Assembly (NCBI GenBank): GCA_048941265.1 | Contig: JBHLNT010000072.1 | Coordinates: forward strand, 1 to 19,268 | Source of the DNA: Promethearchaeota archaeon | GTDB taxonomy: Archaea; Asgardarchaeota; Lokiarchaeia; Sigyniarchaeales; SOKP01 | Direction of reading: 5' to 3' | Length of the DNA: 19,268 bases | Part shown: positions 17,403 to 19,268 of the stretch, piece by piece | Layout: the number at the start of each line of letters is the position of its first letter | Numbering within the stretch: position 1 is the first letter of the stretch | The notes under the pieces: model-generated | What the model was told of the DNA's origin: nothing | The model's input: only the letters and a program-made list of their open reading frames with translations | Database searches by the model: none | Program-made: the position numbers and the translations under genes

Positions 17403-17410
17403 CTTTAAAA
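17403..17410 (-). promoter_or_regulatory. Putative TATA box
   Basis: Minus strand TTTTAAAG lies 23-30 nt upstream of ATG17380, with no Shine-Dalgarno sequence. Confidence 0.4.
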
Positions 17411-17481
17411 GCATTGTGCTTGTAATTTGAAAATTTAATCCCATTCAATCTTGAATTAGAAAAAGAATTGCATATAGAGGT

Positions 17482-18897
17482 TTATTCAATATATTTAATT
17501 AAATGATCTTTTATTTCTTTATATATTCTGAGACTTTCTACTAGTTTATTACCATATAACGCATCTAATCCTTCTTTGTTTAGTCGTTCTATAGTAACTT
17601 TTAAATTTTCGAATGCATCTTTAGTACCTTTTTGATTTTCTATATCGTTTTTAATTTGTGTTAAGGTCTCTGAATATTTATCTATTAAATCAATTCTATT
17701 AAGTGATCTTGATAATTGGATAATTTTTTCACATAAACCCAATGCTACTTCTAAATTATTCTTTCCTCTTTCTATATCTATTTTCTGTTCTAACTCCTCT
17801 AATTCAATTAGTAATTTTCTATCTTGTTCTTCAGCTTCGGCGATCCGCTTTTGAATCCTTTCAGAAATAAATTGATATTTTTTTATTAAATCATCATCCT
17901 CCAAAGTCATAGAAATCTGAATGCTTTTTTCGCTATAATTCAATGCATCTTTCAATTTATCGTTGGCAAGAGTAAATTCTATTTCTTTATCTAATTTTTT
18001 TAATTCGTTAATTAATGTCTTCTTTTTATTTTCTAAGAATAGTCTTTCATTCTCAAGCTGGTCTAAGATTTGATTATATTTTTCAATTAATTCTATCATG
18101 TCATTCGATTTCGCAATTTGAATTATTTTTTTACAGATTACAATCGCGTTAGTTAGATTTTTAGTTTCAAGATTTTTATTCATTTCAGTTTCTAAATTAA
18201 GAATTTTTTCATAAGAAAGTTCACGTTTTTCCTTGTCCGCAATCATTTCACTCATGATCCGCCTGGTAATATTGTTATATTTATCCATGAGATCAGTTCT
18301 ATTAATTGATTTCGAAATTTCAATTATCTCATCGCAATCTTGTAATGCCTCGTTTATGTTATTGTTTTCTCTGTGAATTCTGAGGTTTTCAACCAAATTA
18401 TCTAACTTTTTGTTGTATTCCTTCTCTAAAGCAGTGATTTCTTCTTTGACTTCTAATAGTTCTTCCATATATCTTGGAATATTCATTTCTTTTGCTAATT
18501 TCGTTGCAGAATCTAATTTTACTACTGCTATCTTTAATTTAAGTTTATCTCTAAGATTATCTACTTCATTGAGCGCCATTTTTATTCTTTCTATATCATT
18601 CGAATGAAATTTTTCTTTGAGAAAGATTATTTTATAATCATAACGTTTTTGTTTGCTACCCACCATCAAACAATTACTAATTATAATATTTCTATCGGGA
18701 TCCCGCCAAGATGAGAGATTAGTTCTAAAACCAGTTGTTTTAATTTTATTTGTAGCGTCAATTCTCTCTACTTTTTCTACAATTCGTTCCTTAAAATCTT
18801 TTTCAAAATGCTCAACAATATAATTTCGTATTTCGTCCTGTCTTCCCTGAAAAACATCTTTGAATTTAATGAAAACTCTATTAATTTGGTGAGCCAT
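17482..18897 (-). CDS. Hypothetical protein with small N-terminal alpha/beta domain and tandem 67-aa helical repeats
   Basis: Long ORF with recurring A-x3-C-x2-II-x-I...DL-x2-KY units. ATG18897 is preferred over TTG18909 (TATA 25-32 nt upstream). Confidence 0.8.
   Translation of the reverse strand: MAHQINRVFIKFKDVFQGRQDEIRNYIVEHFEKDFKERIVEKVERIDATNKIKTTGFRTNLSSWRDPDRNIIISNCLMVGSKQKRYDYKIIFLKEKFHSNDIERIKMALNEVDNLRDKLKLKIAVVKLDSATKLAKEMNIPRYMEELLEVKEEITALEKEYNKKLDNLVENLRIHRENNNINEALQDCDEIIEISKSINRTDLMDKYNNITRRIMSEMIADKEKRELSYEKILNLETEMNKNLETKNLTNAIVICKKIIQIAKSNDMIELIEKYNQILDQLENERLFLENKKKTLINELKKLDKEIEFTLANDKLKDALNYSEKSIQISMTLEDDDLIKKYQFISERIQKRIAEAEEQDRKLLIELEELEQKIDIERGKNNLEVALGLCEKIIQLSRSLNRIDLIDKYSETLTQIKNDIENQKGTKDAFENLKVTIERLNKEGLDALYGNKLVESLRIYKEIKDHLIKYIE
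17614..18417 (-). repeat. Four tandem 67-aa (201-nt) helical repeats
   Basis: KY anchors at residues 210, 277, 344 and 411 of the ORF-track protein, exactly 67 aa apart; degenerate copies flank both sides. Confidence 0.85.
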
Positions 18898-18921
18898 ATA
18901 ATCAATCAATATTTTACTAAT

Positions 18922-18934
18922 TATTTAAATTCTT
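18922..18934 (-). promoter_or_regulatory. Putative BRE + TATA box
   Basis: Minus strand AAGAATTTAAATA ends 25 nt before ATG18897, the same layout as at 6261-6274. Confidence 0.45.
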
Positions 18935-19023
18935 ATTTGTTGAATTTGATTAATAAAGATTATAAAATTTTCACAATTAGTAAATTCTAAAATTTAAGTT
19001 TTAATCTTTTTAATTTAACACTT

Positions 19024-19268
19024 ATGAAATATAATTTAAACAAATTATATCGTCTAACAGAAGATCAAGTTAAACTCGCCGGTAAAATCTTATCAGAAGC
19101 TTTTTACGATGATCCTATAAGTGTTTATCTTATCCCAGATGATTCTGAAAGAAAAGTAAAATTGAAGTATGTCTATGAATATGTTATTCGGTATGATATA
19201 TTATATGGAGAAGTTTATGCCACATCTCCTAATCTTGAAGGAATTGCAGGATGGCTACATTCTGAAAA
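19024..19268 (+). CDS. GNAT family N-acetyltransferase, 3'-partial (not in ORF track)
   Basis: Manual translation MKYNLNKLYRLTEDQVKLAGKILSEAFYDDPISVYLIPDDSER...GEVYATSPNLEGIAGWLHSE. LxxAFxDDP and GxAxW are typical of puromycin-acetyltransferase-like GNAT N-termini. The frame is open to the window edge. Confidence 0.75.
   Translation, partial: MKYNLNKLYRLTEDQVKLAGKILSEAFYDDPISVYLIPDDSERKVKLKYVYEYVIRYDILYGEVYATSPNLEGIAGWLHSE

Noticed and set aside
14852-18990. Plus-strand ORFs 14852-15064, 15320-15577, 18410-18607 and 18808-18990
   Set aside because: Antisense overlaps with the HerA-like and 67-aa repeat genes, with no independent support.
1-19268. CRISPR arrays, tRNA/rRNA genes, transposases, integrases
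   Set aside because: No spaced direct repeats, GC-rich structured RNA stretches or recombinase motifs were recognised by eye; all tandem repeats found are within coding sequence.

Overview
AT-rich window (roughly 30% GC by eye) that is most likely archaeal. A geranylgeranyl reductase, TATA boxes about 25-30 nt upstream of start codons and the domain architectures suggest an Asgard/Lokiarchaeia-like genome (inference). Left to right: a 5'-truncated coiled-coil protein with 22-aa repeats and a PLD/TrmB-like domain; a SIR2-domain protein with twelve exact 40-aa TPR repeats; a geranylgeranyl reductase family protein; a small membrane protein and two tandem C_GCAxxG_C_C proteins, divergent from an acyl-CoA dehydrogenase-etfB-etfA operon; a small hypothetical protein; a membrane-bound alpha/beta hydrolase preceded by an unannotated remnant of its own paralog; the acetate channel satP; an intergenic 133-bp element with inverted ends; a stand-alone HerA-like ATPase with a zinc-ribbon insert and coiled-coil tail; a DUF2156 protein; a protein with exact 67-aa helical repeats; and a 3'-truncated GNAT acetyltransferase. 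No rRNA, tRNA, CRISPR array or transposase was recognised. The best candidates for undescribed biology are the NTPase-less SIR2-TPR protein, the HerA variant and the 67-aa repeat protein.
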